Shown piece by piece: positions 17,334-26,110 of a DNA stretch of 64,000 nt. The notes below the pieces were generated by a model. The model was not told the origin of the DNA. It worked only from the letters and a program-made list of their open reading frames with translations, and made no database searches. This stretch comes from an uncultured delta proteobacterium (lineage in GTDB: Bacteria > Desulfobacterota > Desulfobaccia > Desulfobaccales > 0-14-0-80-60-11). The stretch lies in NCBI GenBank assembly GCA_963705115.1, contig CAVPIX010000010.1:331096-395095 (forward strand), in the 5' to 3' direction. Position numbers and translations under genes: made by a program. Numbering within the stretch: position 1 is the first letter of the stretch; each line of letters opens with the position of its first letter.

Positions 17334-17445
17334 GTTCTCTCCAGGAGGGTCCATGATGAGGGAGACGACCCTTCCGACCATCCCCCAGCAGATTCCTCCC
17401 CGCCAGGGGTCGAGGAAAATCAACCAGGACAAGGAGGGTTACATT
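17326..17445 (+). promoter_or_regulatory. Conserved structured leader, copy 1 (candidate cis-regulatory RNA)
   Basis: Roughly three quarters identical to 17988-18110 in a by-eye alignment, including a perfect 28-nt block. Predicted stems are GGAGGGUC/GACCCUUCC and GAUUCCUCCCC..GGGG..AGGAA..UC. It ends in SD AAGGAGGG (17431-17438). Confidence 0.4.
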
Positions 17446-17987
17446 ATGGAGTTATGACGACAATAGTTGTTGAACCTCAAAGATGTTGTCTCTTCTACTT
17501 TGTGACCGGAATTGAAACAATATTTGGCAAAAGTCATCGATTTCTCCAAAATTAGGAAGGCATGCTGAACCTAACAAAACTGCCTCCATGCTGCTTTATC
17601 TATTGCCTCGTGATAACAAGGATGAAATTCATTTTGAGACCTTGAAGAATAACATAAAACAAAAGTATGGTCTTGCGTGAGGTTAATGTGGTGAATAAAA
17701 TTAACGATATTCTCACACAACTGGAAAATTGATAGCTTTCTGGATGATCGACCGGCATTGGCAAGGACAGGAACCAGCAATCCAGACCCCTTGAATCTGT
17801 TTAATACCCCGGAACAATGGCAAGACCCGGGTCTTATAGCAGGCTTAGGACCAATTTGCCGGGCCTCCCACTATTACAGCACCGGCTATATAATGATCAC
17901 CATCAGGCGATGACCTTTTTCCCCTAATAATAACAAAAATTTTTTGTTAAGAGATTGCTTGACAACCTTTGAGAAGTTTGCCATTCG

Positions 17988-18110
17988 CTTTTTTTGTTCT
18001 CTCCAGGAGGGTCCGCAAGCAGGGAGTAGAACCTTCCAAGCAGCCATCGGCAGATTCCTCCCCAACAGGGGTCGTGGAAAATCAATGACGGAAAAGGAGG
18101 GCTATTAATT
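17988..18110 (+). promoter_or_regulatory. Conserved structured leader, copy 2 (candidate cis-regulatory RNA)
   Basis: Paralogue of 17326-17445, with differences falling mainly in predicted loops and bulges. A TTGACA box lies at 17959-17964. SD AAGGAGGG is 7-9 nt before the ATG at 18111. Confidence 0.4.
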
Positions 18111-18179
18111 ATGGCCGAAATACCAAGTTACGCGGGTAATTGTTTGAGCCTGAAAAATGAGCAATTTACGCATTCTTGA
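18111..18179 (+). CDS. Micro-ORF, 22 aa (MAEIPSYAGNCLSLKNEQFTHS): candidate precursor or leader peptide
   Basis: Strong SD. The homologous frame in unit 1 (17446-17505) ends at the equivalent stop (..LLNLKDVVSSTL* vs ..CLSLKNEQFTHS*) but carries two in-frame stops. Confidence 0.3.
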   Translation: MAEIPSYAGNCLSLKNEQFTHS

Positions 18180-18625
18180 CGGAAACCACAACAGGACCAT
18201 TCATAGGGAAACTTCTTCTCCAGAATGGAAGAAAATCATACAAACAAGTAATTCATGCGGAATTATTCTTTATTTACTGACTCTGATAAAATGGCGACGG
18301 AGTTCCCTTTAATGTCTTAACGAACTCGTTTCTAAAATTTTCTGGCGCCACTGAGGCTGGAATAAATATTTCCTGGATAGACTTGACAATGATTATAAAA
18401 TCTCAAGGTAACGAGTTGTCGTGGGGGAGATTATAAGACCTGGATCCGTAAACTGATTTGCTTCTCAGGTGCCGGGGGAAGCCCAGAGTCAAGAAGGTGG
18501 TCCGCCGATTTGCAAGGATTCCACCTATTATAGCCCAGGAATCATTGCTGTTCCAGTGAAACTAACAAGATTAAGTTCTAACTGAGCTAACTTCTGGCCC
18601 CCGGGCGAGGGACGGGAACTGATCC

Positions 18626-19659
18626 ATGGATGGACTCGCCATTGAACTCACCAATGTCTGCAATCGGCGCTGTCTGCATTGCATCCGCAACAAGGCGGAC
18701 GCCCCTGAGTTCATGTCCCTGGCCCTGGCCCGGGAAGTCCTGGAGCAGGCCCGGGCCCTGGGCTTCCGGACTGTCTGTCTGACGGGCGGGGAGGTGGCCC
18801 TTTACCCTCACCTGAAAGAGTTCCTGGCCCTGGTGGCGGACCAGGGTTTGGCTTTCAACCTGGTGACTAACGGCCACCGCTTTCGGGAATACCTCCTGCC
18901 CCTGTTGACCGCTCCCAAAATCAAGGAGAGGCTGACTGCCGTGAGCTTCAGCCTGGACGGGGCTCACCCTGAAACCCACGACGCCCTGCGGGGGCGAGGG
19001 TCCTTCCGGGAGGTGGTGGAGGCCGCCACCCTCTGCCAGGTATCAGGCATTGCCTTCGGTTTTAAGACTATCATCACCAACTTCAACAAAGAGGAACTCA
19101 CCGAGGTGGCCCTGTTGGGGGCCGATCTGGGAGCCCAGGACCACGGTTTTCTGCACCCCTTTCCCTCGCCTCAAGCCATCCGTGCTGAAGTTTCCCTCAC
19201 CCTCATGAAGTCAGGGAAATTCATGGGTGGATTGGCGGCAGCCTGGCCAAAGCGCTGCGTCCTAAGATATTCCTCGAAGGTTATGGTCATCGGGCCACCT
19301 TGTTCACCTGCCCCAACATCATGGATGGCGCCAACCTGGATTATCAGGGGAACCTGGTTCTCTGCTGCAACCTCTCCCACGTCACCAGGGAAGATGGCGA
19401 ACCTAGCGTCTTTGGCGGGGAATGGCTGGCAGACCTCAAAGAAGTGTCCCTCCGGGAAGGGCTCATTCGGCATTATCAGGCGGTGGCCCGACTTATGGAA
19501 GCAAGGCTTCGGGACATGGAAAACCTTACGGACTTGACTTTTGTCCCCTGTTATTGGTGTTTCCGGCACTTCGGCAAGCTCGACTGGCTCAAAGATTTTC
19601 CCCACTCTCTCTGGTCTCCAGGTCTTTTGCAGGAGGAACAACGCCATGCGGTCATTTAA
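18626..19659 (+). pseudogene. Radical SAM / SPASM-domain peptide-maturase-like enzyme, split by one apparent frameshift (about 19200)
   Basis: CNRRCLHC (CxxxCxxC) with VCLTGGEVALYP and FNLVTNGHRF in ORF 18626... The SPASM-like part (FTCPNIMDGANLDYQGNLVLCCNLS...FVPCYWCFRHFG) is in the -1 frame, open from 19189 to 19659. Adding one C in the CCC run at 19200-19202 restores ...AEVSLTPHEVREIHGWIGG... Confidence 0.75.
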
Positions 19660-22600
19660 GCCAAAAAAGGTGCTGCTGCCGACAATGCTCTTGTACCTGG
19701 GCTTGGCCTTGACCTCCTTAGCCGGCGCCGCCGAGTTGGCGGGCCGGCTGGTTTTCCAGGAAGGCCAGGTGGCCGTGCGTACTGCCGGGACGGAGCAATG
19801 GCAGAAAGCCCGCCTGCACCAGGAGCTCTTTGGAGGGGATACGGTGCGCACCGGGGCCCACTCCCGGGCCGCGATCCTCTGTATGGATGAAAGCCAGATC
19901 AGGCTCAATCAGCATACGGTGCTGACCCTGAAAAGTGTGGCCCCCTCCCCCCGCCTGCGCCTGGGGGAGATCGCCCCCGCCGCCCAGGCTAAGGAAGCCG
20001 CAGTGAGCAATTACCAGGTGATTCAGGGGGAAATCTGGCTGCGCAATAAAAAGGAAAAGTTTCTCTTCGAGTTGGAGACCCCCACCGTCACCGCCACCAT
20101 CCGAGGCACGGAATTAAATGTGCGGGTGCAGCCTGACGGCGCCACCAGCGTCATTCTCCTGGAGGGCGATGTCAAGCTGGCCAACCGCTACGGCGAGGTG
20201 ATCCTGGCGGCCGGCGAGGAGGGGGTGGCCCTCCCCGGCAAGCCCCCCACCAAACAGGTAATAGTGCAGCCTGCGGACGCGGTGCAGTGGTCCCTGTTCT
20301 ATCCGGGATATTTCAGTTTTCGGGATTTGCCCTTGCAGGCCCTGGAGGGGGCTGGCCCCCCTTCTGCTAAAGCCGCGCTGGTGAGCCAGGGGGTGGCGGC
20401 CTATGACCAGGGCCGTCTGGCCGAGGCCGATAACATTGCCAACCAGGCTTTGGCCCAGGCCCCCGCCAACCCCCAGGCCCTGTCCCTGGCAGGGTGGGTG
20501 CGCCTGCAGCGCCGCCAGCCGGAGGAGGCCCTGGGATTTTTTCAGCGGGTGGACAAGCCCGGGGCCGCGGCCCTGGTGGGCGCCGCCCTGGCCCTCTATC
20601 AGACCGGCGACGCGCCGGGGGCCTATCTTCTCATGAAATCCGCAGACAAACCCAATCCCGGCCATCCCATCGTCAAGGCCATGACCGGTTATTTCGCCAT
20701 GCTCGTGGGAAGGACCGAGGAGGCCCGCCAACTCCTGGGGGCGGCGGCCGCCAGTTCCTCGCCGGTGGCGCAATTGCTGGCCACCTGTTACCTGGCCCAG
20801 ATGGACCTGGTGCAAAACCGCAAAGCCGAGGCCAGGTCCCAGGCGGACCGGGCTGTGGCCCTGGCTCCCGCTTCGCCGTTGGCCCTCCTGACCCGGGCCC
20901 TGGTGGACATCGCCGACTTTCAATTGCCTGCGGCCCAGCGGCGCCTGGAAAAGGCCCTGGAAACGGATCCCCATTTCGTGGACGCTGCCCTCTATTTGGG
21001 CAAGCTTTATCTGGGGGGGAATTATTTCACCAAGGCCAGGCAGGTGGCGGACAAGGCTTTGCAGCAGGCCCCCCGGGACGCCCGGGTTCTGTCCCTGGCA
21101 GGCTTTGTCGATATCGCCTTTCGGCGCTTCGAGAAAGCCAGGGAGCGCTTTACCCAGTCCATCAAGGAGAGCCCCCAACTGGCCGAAGCCCACCTGGGGC
21201 TGGCCATCTGCCAATTCCGCTTCCAGGAGCCGGATCGAGCTTTGGCTGCCATGCTCACCGCTACTCTCCTGGACCCCCGTCTGTCTGCCTACCAGAGTGA
21301 GTTGGGCAAGGCCTTTTACCAGGTGCGGGCCTTTGACAAGGCCCTGGCCACCTGGGATTACGCCGCCAAACTGGACCCCAAGGACCCCACCCCCCATTTT
21401 TACAAGGGCATTGCCCTCACCGACCTGAACCGCCCGGGAGAGGCCGTCCAGTCCATCAATCAGTCCATCGCCCTGAACAACAACCGGGCGGTGTTCCGCT
21501 CCCGCCTGCTCATGGACCGGGACCAGTCCACCCGCAACTACAACCTGGCCCGGTCCTATTCCCAGTTGGGGTTGGGGGAGTGGGCCCTGAGCAAGGCCAT
21601 TACCGCGGTGAAGTTGGATCCCTTGAACGCCTCGCCCCACCTCTTCTTGTCCAGGGCCTACCGGGCCTCCGACCAGCGGGTGGTGGCCGTGGACTCCGAA
21701 GATCTATTGTACCGAGTCTTGTCCCCTGCCACCCAAACCACTTTCCGGTATCTCCTGGAAAACGATTACACCTCCATGTTTGAGATGCCTTACGCCCGAG
21801 CGACGATTCAGGGCGGCATCGGTTCCTGGGAGGAGAGGAAGGCCATACACGATGATTTTGTGGGAGCCTACGGGGGGATACCCGGAGCGGCCTTTTTTGG
21901 TCAAGGATCATATCTGCAGGACCCGGGCTTTCGGGGGAAAAACGCCGATACGCAAACCTGGGACGCTCAGGGAATCTTCAAGGTGGAGCCCACGGTGCAC
22001 GGCAACCTGACGGGGTTTGTGCGATACAACAACGATAATTTTGGAGAAAGAGGGAAACCCAACGACTTTTTTTACCGCAACGAAACCGATTATCGGGCAA
22101 ACGCTAAACAACAATACTATGAAGCCTCCTATCTCCACAACTTCACTCCCAACTTAGGCCTGCTGGCATATTATCGGTATTTCAGACTGGATGACCATCG
22201 GTACGGGAACTTTCTCTATTATCTCGATCGGACAGAAAAGATTCTTCAAAGAGAAATTTATGCCGATGCCTTCAATAATCCTTTTCAAAACATCCAATTG
22301 CAGGCGCAGCTGAAACTGGGAAAGCATACCCTTCTCGGCGGCTATGACTACTTCACCGGGCCTATCAATTTTTCCATAAAGCAAAATTTCTTTATGCTGG
22401 CTTACAGTGAAGTGATTCCCACTGGGCAGACTTACCAGTTTATTTCGCCGGTTGACCGAACCTACAGTTTCTACCTCCTGGACTACTGGCGGTTGGCTCC
22501 CTGGCTGTTGGTGGAAATGGGGATCTCCCGGGATATCGCCAGAAATGCCGGCGCCGACTCCCGACCCTACACCAGCACCCTCTGGAGCACCCGGTTGGGC

Positions 22601-23319
22601 TTCAATATTCAGATAAATCCTAAGCACACCGTGCGCCTGGCCGCGATGCGGTATCTGGACACCCACCAAATCCTGACGCCCCTTTCTGGTGCCAACGGAG
22701 GTGGCCGGCCTGCCCTGGGTGGAGGACACCTTGCCCGGCGCGGAGGTGCGCCAGGCGGGGGCCTCCTGGGAAGCCCAATGGGACCCCAAGACCTTCACCG
22801 CGTTACGCCTGTCCGCCACCCGGGTGGGGGTTCCGGCGTATTTTTCCGCCTACTGGGCTGAAAAGGATCTGGCCTACAACTATGTTGCCTGGCAGGGCTG
22901 GCGGCGTTACCAGGCCTCTCTGTTCCTGAACCGCATCCTCACCAATTCTTTGGGCCTGAGATTGGGGGTCACGGGCAAGCGGTTCTTTCCCGACAAAAGC
23001 TTCAGATCCTGATTTCGAAACCTTCACCGAGGTGAATTGGCTTTTAGGCCTCAACTTCCTAACCCCCAAGGGCTGGCAGGGAGGAATCACCAACCGGCTG
23101 GTGTATCAGTATGTCAGGAACCGCTCCACCGAATTCTTTGACATTGTCAATCTCAGGTTCGGCAAGGAATTGGCCAACAAACGGGGGCTTATCACTGTCG
23201 AGGTGCAGAATTTGTTCAACCGTCACTTTTTTTATCGACTGCAGCCTACCTACTACGTAGATACGCCGGATTTTTATCCGGCCCGGCGGTTCATTGGCAA
23301 GATTCAGCTCTGGTTCTAG
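19646..23319 (+). pseudogene. FecR domain - TPR repeats - C-terminal outer-membrane beta-barrel protein, with two apparent +1 frameshifts near the 3' end
   Basis: ATG at 19646 with AGGAGG at 19631-19636. Signal peptide MRSFKPKKVLLPTMLLYLGLALTSLAGAA, a FecR block (GQVAVRTAG..GDTVRTGAHSRAAILCMDESQIRL..TATIRGTELNV) and many TPRs. The barrel continues in ORFs 22689..23012 and 23032..23319, ending ..IGKIQLWF. The shifts lie at the C4/T3 run 22679-22685 and the A4 run 22995-22998. Confidence 0.75.
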
Positions 23320-25303
23320 ATTCCTGCAACACCCCCTGGGGCGCGCCCTGGGCCTGGGGGTGGCGGTTTTTATCATGGTCATGGCCCTAGCCTCCCAGGA
23401 CCTGGGCCGCACCCTGGAAAACGCCATCCTGGACCTGTGCTGCCGCCTGGAGCCGGCCTCCGCCCCGCCCAGGGAGATTCTCCTGGTGGGCATCGACAGC
23501 CACTCCTTTCGGTCCCTGGGCCGGGCCTGGCCCTGGCCCCGGCGCTACCACGCCCGCCTCATTGACCGCCTGACCAAGGCGGGTGCGGCGCTCATCGTCT
23601 TTGATGTCTTTTTCGGCGAGCCCACGGACCCCGAGGATGACCGTCTCCTGGCCGAAGCCGTGAAGAAATCCGGCAAGGTGATCCTGGCCCGGGTGATCGA
23701 GTCCACCCAGGACCCGGTTTTTTCCCGGCAGATCATCCTCAACCCACTGGATTCCCTCTGTGCCGCGGCGTGCGGCCTGGGGGTAAGTCTCCTCACCCCG
23801 GACGCCGATGGGGTGGTGCGCCATTTCTCCCTTGCCCTGGCCGGCCAAAAGACCCTGGCGGATGAGGTCTTGCGCGTCCTGAAACCGGACATGGCCTTCC
23901 CCGCGGATTTCACGGGCTTGATCCGCTATACGGGCCCGCCCCAGTCATTGGAGAACATCTCCTACCACGAGGTTCTAGGCGACGGGGAGCTTCCCCGGGA
24001 GCAGATTAAGGACCGGGTTGTCCTGGTGGGCCGCATGATCGAGGACATCCCCCTGTCCCAGGGGCAGGTTGACGCCTTTCTCACCCCCTATCGAGGCGCG
24101 TCCCAGAGTGGCTTTATGTCCGGGGTGGAAATTCAGGGGAACATCATTTACAACCTGCTCACCGGCACCTGGGGCCAGGAGCTTACTCCGGGAACCCGGG
24201 CCGTCTTTTATCTTACGGTGTTCCTGGCCTTCAGCCTGTTGTCGGCACGGCTCACCCCCGGCGTCAGCCTGGGGTTGCTGGCCGGCTTGGGCTTGGCCCT
24301 GTTGCTGGGCACCTGGCTGGCGTTATGCTTTTTTAACCTGTGGATTCACCCGGTGCTCCTGGGCGCGGGGCTATCTCTGATTTACGCCATCAACCTCTTC
24401 ACCCATCACGTTTCCGGGCTCCAGGAGAAGCGCTGGCTGCACCAGGCCTTCACCCACTATGTCTCCCAGGAGGTGGTGGAAGCCCTTATGGCGCATCCGG
24501 AGCGGTTCGAACTGGGGGGAGAGGAACTGGAAGCCACCGTGATGTTCGCCGATCTGGCCGGGTTTGCCGAAATCTCCAAGGGCATGGCGCCCAAGGAGAT
24601 GGTGAACCTCCTGAGCGACTATTTCACCCCCCTGACGGATATTATCCTGGCCCACGGCGGCACCCTGGATAAGTACATAGATTCCCGCCTCATGGCGGTG
24701 TGGGGGGCGCCGCTGCCCAATCCCGACCACGCCCGCCGTGCCTGTCAGGCGGCCCTGGCCATGCAGCGCCGCATCGATGAGGACCTGCGGGAGCGGCAGG
24801 CCAGGGGGCAGGCCTTCCTGGGCCTCAACCTGGGCCTCCATTCCGGGCAGGTTATGGCCGGCAACGTGGGCTCCCGGGAGCGTTTCAATTACACCATCAT
24901 GGGGGACACGGTGAACCTGGCTCATCGCCTGCAGGCATTGAACCGCAGCTACGGCACCCACCTTATTCTGAGCGGGGGCACCCGGTCCCTGGCGGGGGCG
25001 GGTTTTCTGGTGCGGGAACTGGACCTGGCCCAGGTGCGGGGCCGGGTGCAGACGGTGAGCATCTTTGAACTGCTGTGGTCGGCGCCGGGGGATGCCGTCC
25101 CCCTATGGCTCACCACCTTCGAGGAGGCCCGGGCCGCGTACCTGGGGCGAAACTGGCGGCAGGCGGCCGCGCTGTTTGAAGAGGTGATCCGCCTCAAACC
25201 GGAAGACGGCCCTGCCGCCCTGTACCTGCGGCGCTGCCGGCGCTACCAGGAAGCGCCCCCGCCGCCGGACTGGCAGGGAGTTTCGGGGTTGGAGGGGGCA
25301 TAA
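23294..25303 (+). CDS. CHASE2 sensor-domain class III cyclase, paralogue 2 (variant metal-site motif)
   Basis: CHASE2-like LLVGIDSHSFRSLGRAWPWPR, TM helices, and the cyclase motifs ATVMFADLAGFA, LDKYIDSRLMAVWGAP and GDTVNLAHRLQA. The start is uncertain (TTG 23294 overlaps the upstream stop). Confidence 0.85.
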   Translation: MARFSSGSRFLQHPLGRALGLGVAVFIMVMALASQDLGRTLENAILDLCCRLEPASAPPREILLVGIDSHSFRSLGRAWPWPRRYHARLIDRLTKAGAALIVFDVFFGEPTDPEDDRLLAEAVKKSGKVILARVIESTQDPVFSRQIILNPLDSLCAAACGLGVSLLTPDADGVVRHFSLALAGQKTLADEVLRVLKPDMAFPADFTGLIRYTGPPQSLENISYHEVLGDGELPREQIKDRVVLVGRMIEDIPLSQGQVDAFLTPYRGASQSGFMSGVEIQGNIIYNLLTGTWGQELTPGTRAVFYLTVFLAFSLLSARLTPGVSLGLLAGLGLALLLGTWLALCFFNLWIHPVLLGAGLSLIYAINLFTHHVSGLQEKRWLHQAFTHYVSQEVVEALMAHPERFELGGEELEATVMFADLAGFAEISKGMAPKEMVNLLSDYFTPLTDIILAHGGTLDKYIDSRLMAVWGAPLPNPDHARRACQAALAMQRRIDEDLRERQARGQAFLGLNLGLHSGQVMAGNVGSRERFNYTIMGDTVNLAHRLQALNRSYGTHLILSGGTRSLAGAGFLVRELDLAQVRGRVQTVSIFELLWSAPGDAVPLWLTTFEEARAAYLGRNWRQAAALFEEVIRLKPEDGPAALYLRRCRRYQEAPPPPDWQGVSGLEGA

Positions 25304-25352
25304 AGGCTGTAAGCTGTATGCTGTATGCTCTATAAAGAAATAAAAAATCAGT

Positions 25353-25455
25353 GAGGGGAGGGCCAGGGAGCGCGGCTATCTGCCCTCCCCCCACACCCCC
25401 CTCCCAACCCGCAGGCTGTCCAAGAAAGCCGGGGCCAGGGGCCCCGACTTTCTAA
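25353..25455. repeat. Family-1 G/C-arm hairpin array (short version)
   Basis: GGGGAGGGCCAGGGAGC..CTGCCCTCCCCCC followed by CCAAGAAAGCCGGGGCCAGGGGCCCCGACTTTCT. Homologous to 12384 onward. Confidence 0.8.
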
Positions 25456-25648
25456 AAAAAATTCCCCATCTCGTCCCCAAGATCCTGCTTGGGGACGCAC
25501 CTGGGGGCCAGGCTCTGCCTGACCTCAGCAACTCCTCCACCGGAGCTTCCCGGTTGTGCCAAGCGGAGATTTGCAGCCAATTTCGGTTCCCAAGCCGGAG
25601 CTTGAGAACCAGAGCTGGGGTTGAAAAACTCTACCCCTCCCTCAACTC

Positions 25649-25699
25649 GTAGGGGCGCAATTCATTGCGCCCTGAGGGCTTGATAAATCAAGCCCCTAC
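25649..25699. repeat. Double GTAGGGGC-type hairpin unit
   Basis: GTAGGGGCGCAATTCATTGCGCCC + GGGCTTGATAAATCAAGCCCCTAC. The inverted copy is at 61920-61967. Confidence 0.8.
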
Positions 25700-25751
25700 A
25701 CGTTGGGAACAGATGGCCGGCAGGGACGCCCGCCCTTGTCCTTAAAAAATC

Positions 25752-25786
25752 GCCGCCCCATGGCCATGAGGCGGCCTTTTTATTTT
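25752..25786 (+). terminator. Terminator-like hairpin (bidirectional: A-run upstream, T-run downstream)
   Basis: GCCGCC (25752-25757) pairs with GGCGGC (25770-25775), followed by TTTTTATTTT. A sister element lies at 26053-26082. Confidence 0.45.
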
Positions 25787-26045
25787 ACAGAAGACAGTCC
25801 TATAGTGCGGCCCGTGGCCGCCATAAAAATCGGTCACATCTATTACTCTATGTTTGACGTATAATTAGTATTATTGCGCTTCTTATAACGCTTGCCCAAT
25901 GTAATTTCGTCATGTGGGTATGGCTTGCCATGCCCTCATGGGCACAGCAAGCTGTGCCCCTACAGGCAATATCCGCCCTCGGAAAAAACTCTTGGCAAGG
26001 GCTCTAAGCGATATAACAAAAAGCTTAAGGCTTACAGCTTATAGC

Positions 26046-26082
26046 CAATAAAAACGCCGCCCCATGGTATTGAGGCGGCGTT
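26046..26082 (-). terminator. Rho-independent terminator candidate for the dsr operon
   Basis: Minus strand: AACGCCGCC..GGCGGCGUU hairpin (26082-26053) followed by UUUUAUU. It lies about 30 nt after the dsrP stop. Confidence 0.55.
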
Positions 26083-26110
26083 CTTGTTTTAAAGAAAACA
26101 GAAAACCTTA

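Noticed and set aside
17454-17555. 33-codon ORF MTTIVVEPQRCCLFYFVTG.. overlapping the MEL* mini-frame by ATGA
   Set aside because: It is not in the frame that is homologous to the unit-2 peptide, and it has no independent SD. It is probably fortuitous.
17571-17780. 69-aa Cys/His-containing ORF (minus strand, TTG start) in the AT-rich unit 1
   Set aside because: No counterpart ORF exists in the homologous unit 2 and no family is recognised. I keep it only as a remote possibility.
19541-19645. Upstream extension of the FecR-TPR-OMP ORF
   Set aside because: It overlaps the SPASM coding frame. The Met at 19646 has AGGAGG at the proper spacing and is followed immediately by a signal peptide.
20114-21640. 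508-aa ORF on the minus strand
   Set aside because: It is antisense to the TPR region of the FecR-TPR-OMP gene and has no recognisable domain.
22673-23032. Programmed ribosomal frameshifting as an explanation for the frame breaks (also in rSAM and hypF)
   Set aside because: No slippery heptamer or downstream pseudoknot-like element is evident. Each break is repaired by a single-base change, five of the six within short (2-5 nt) single-base runs. Genuine mutation or sequencing error is the simpler explanation.
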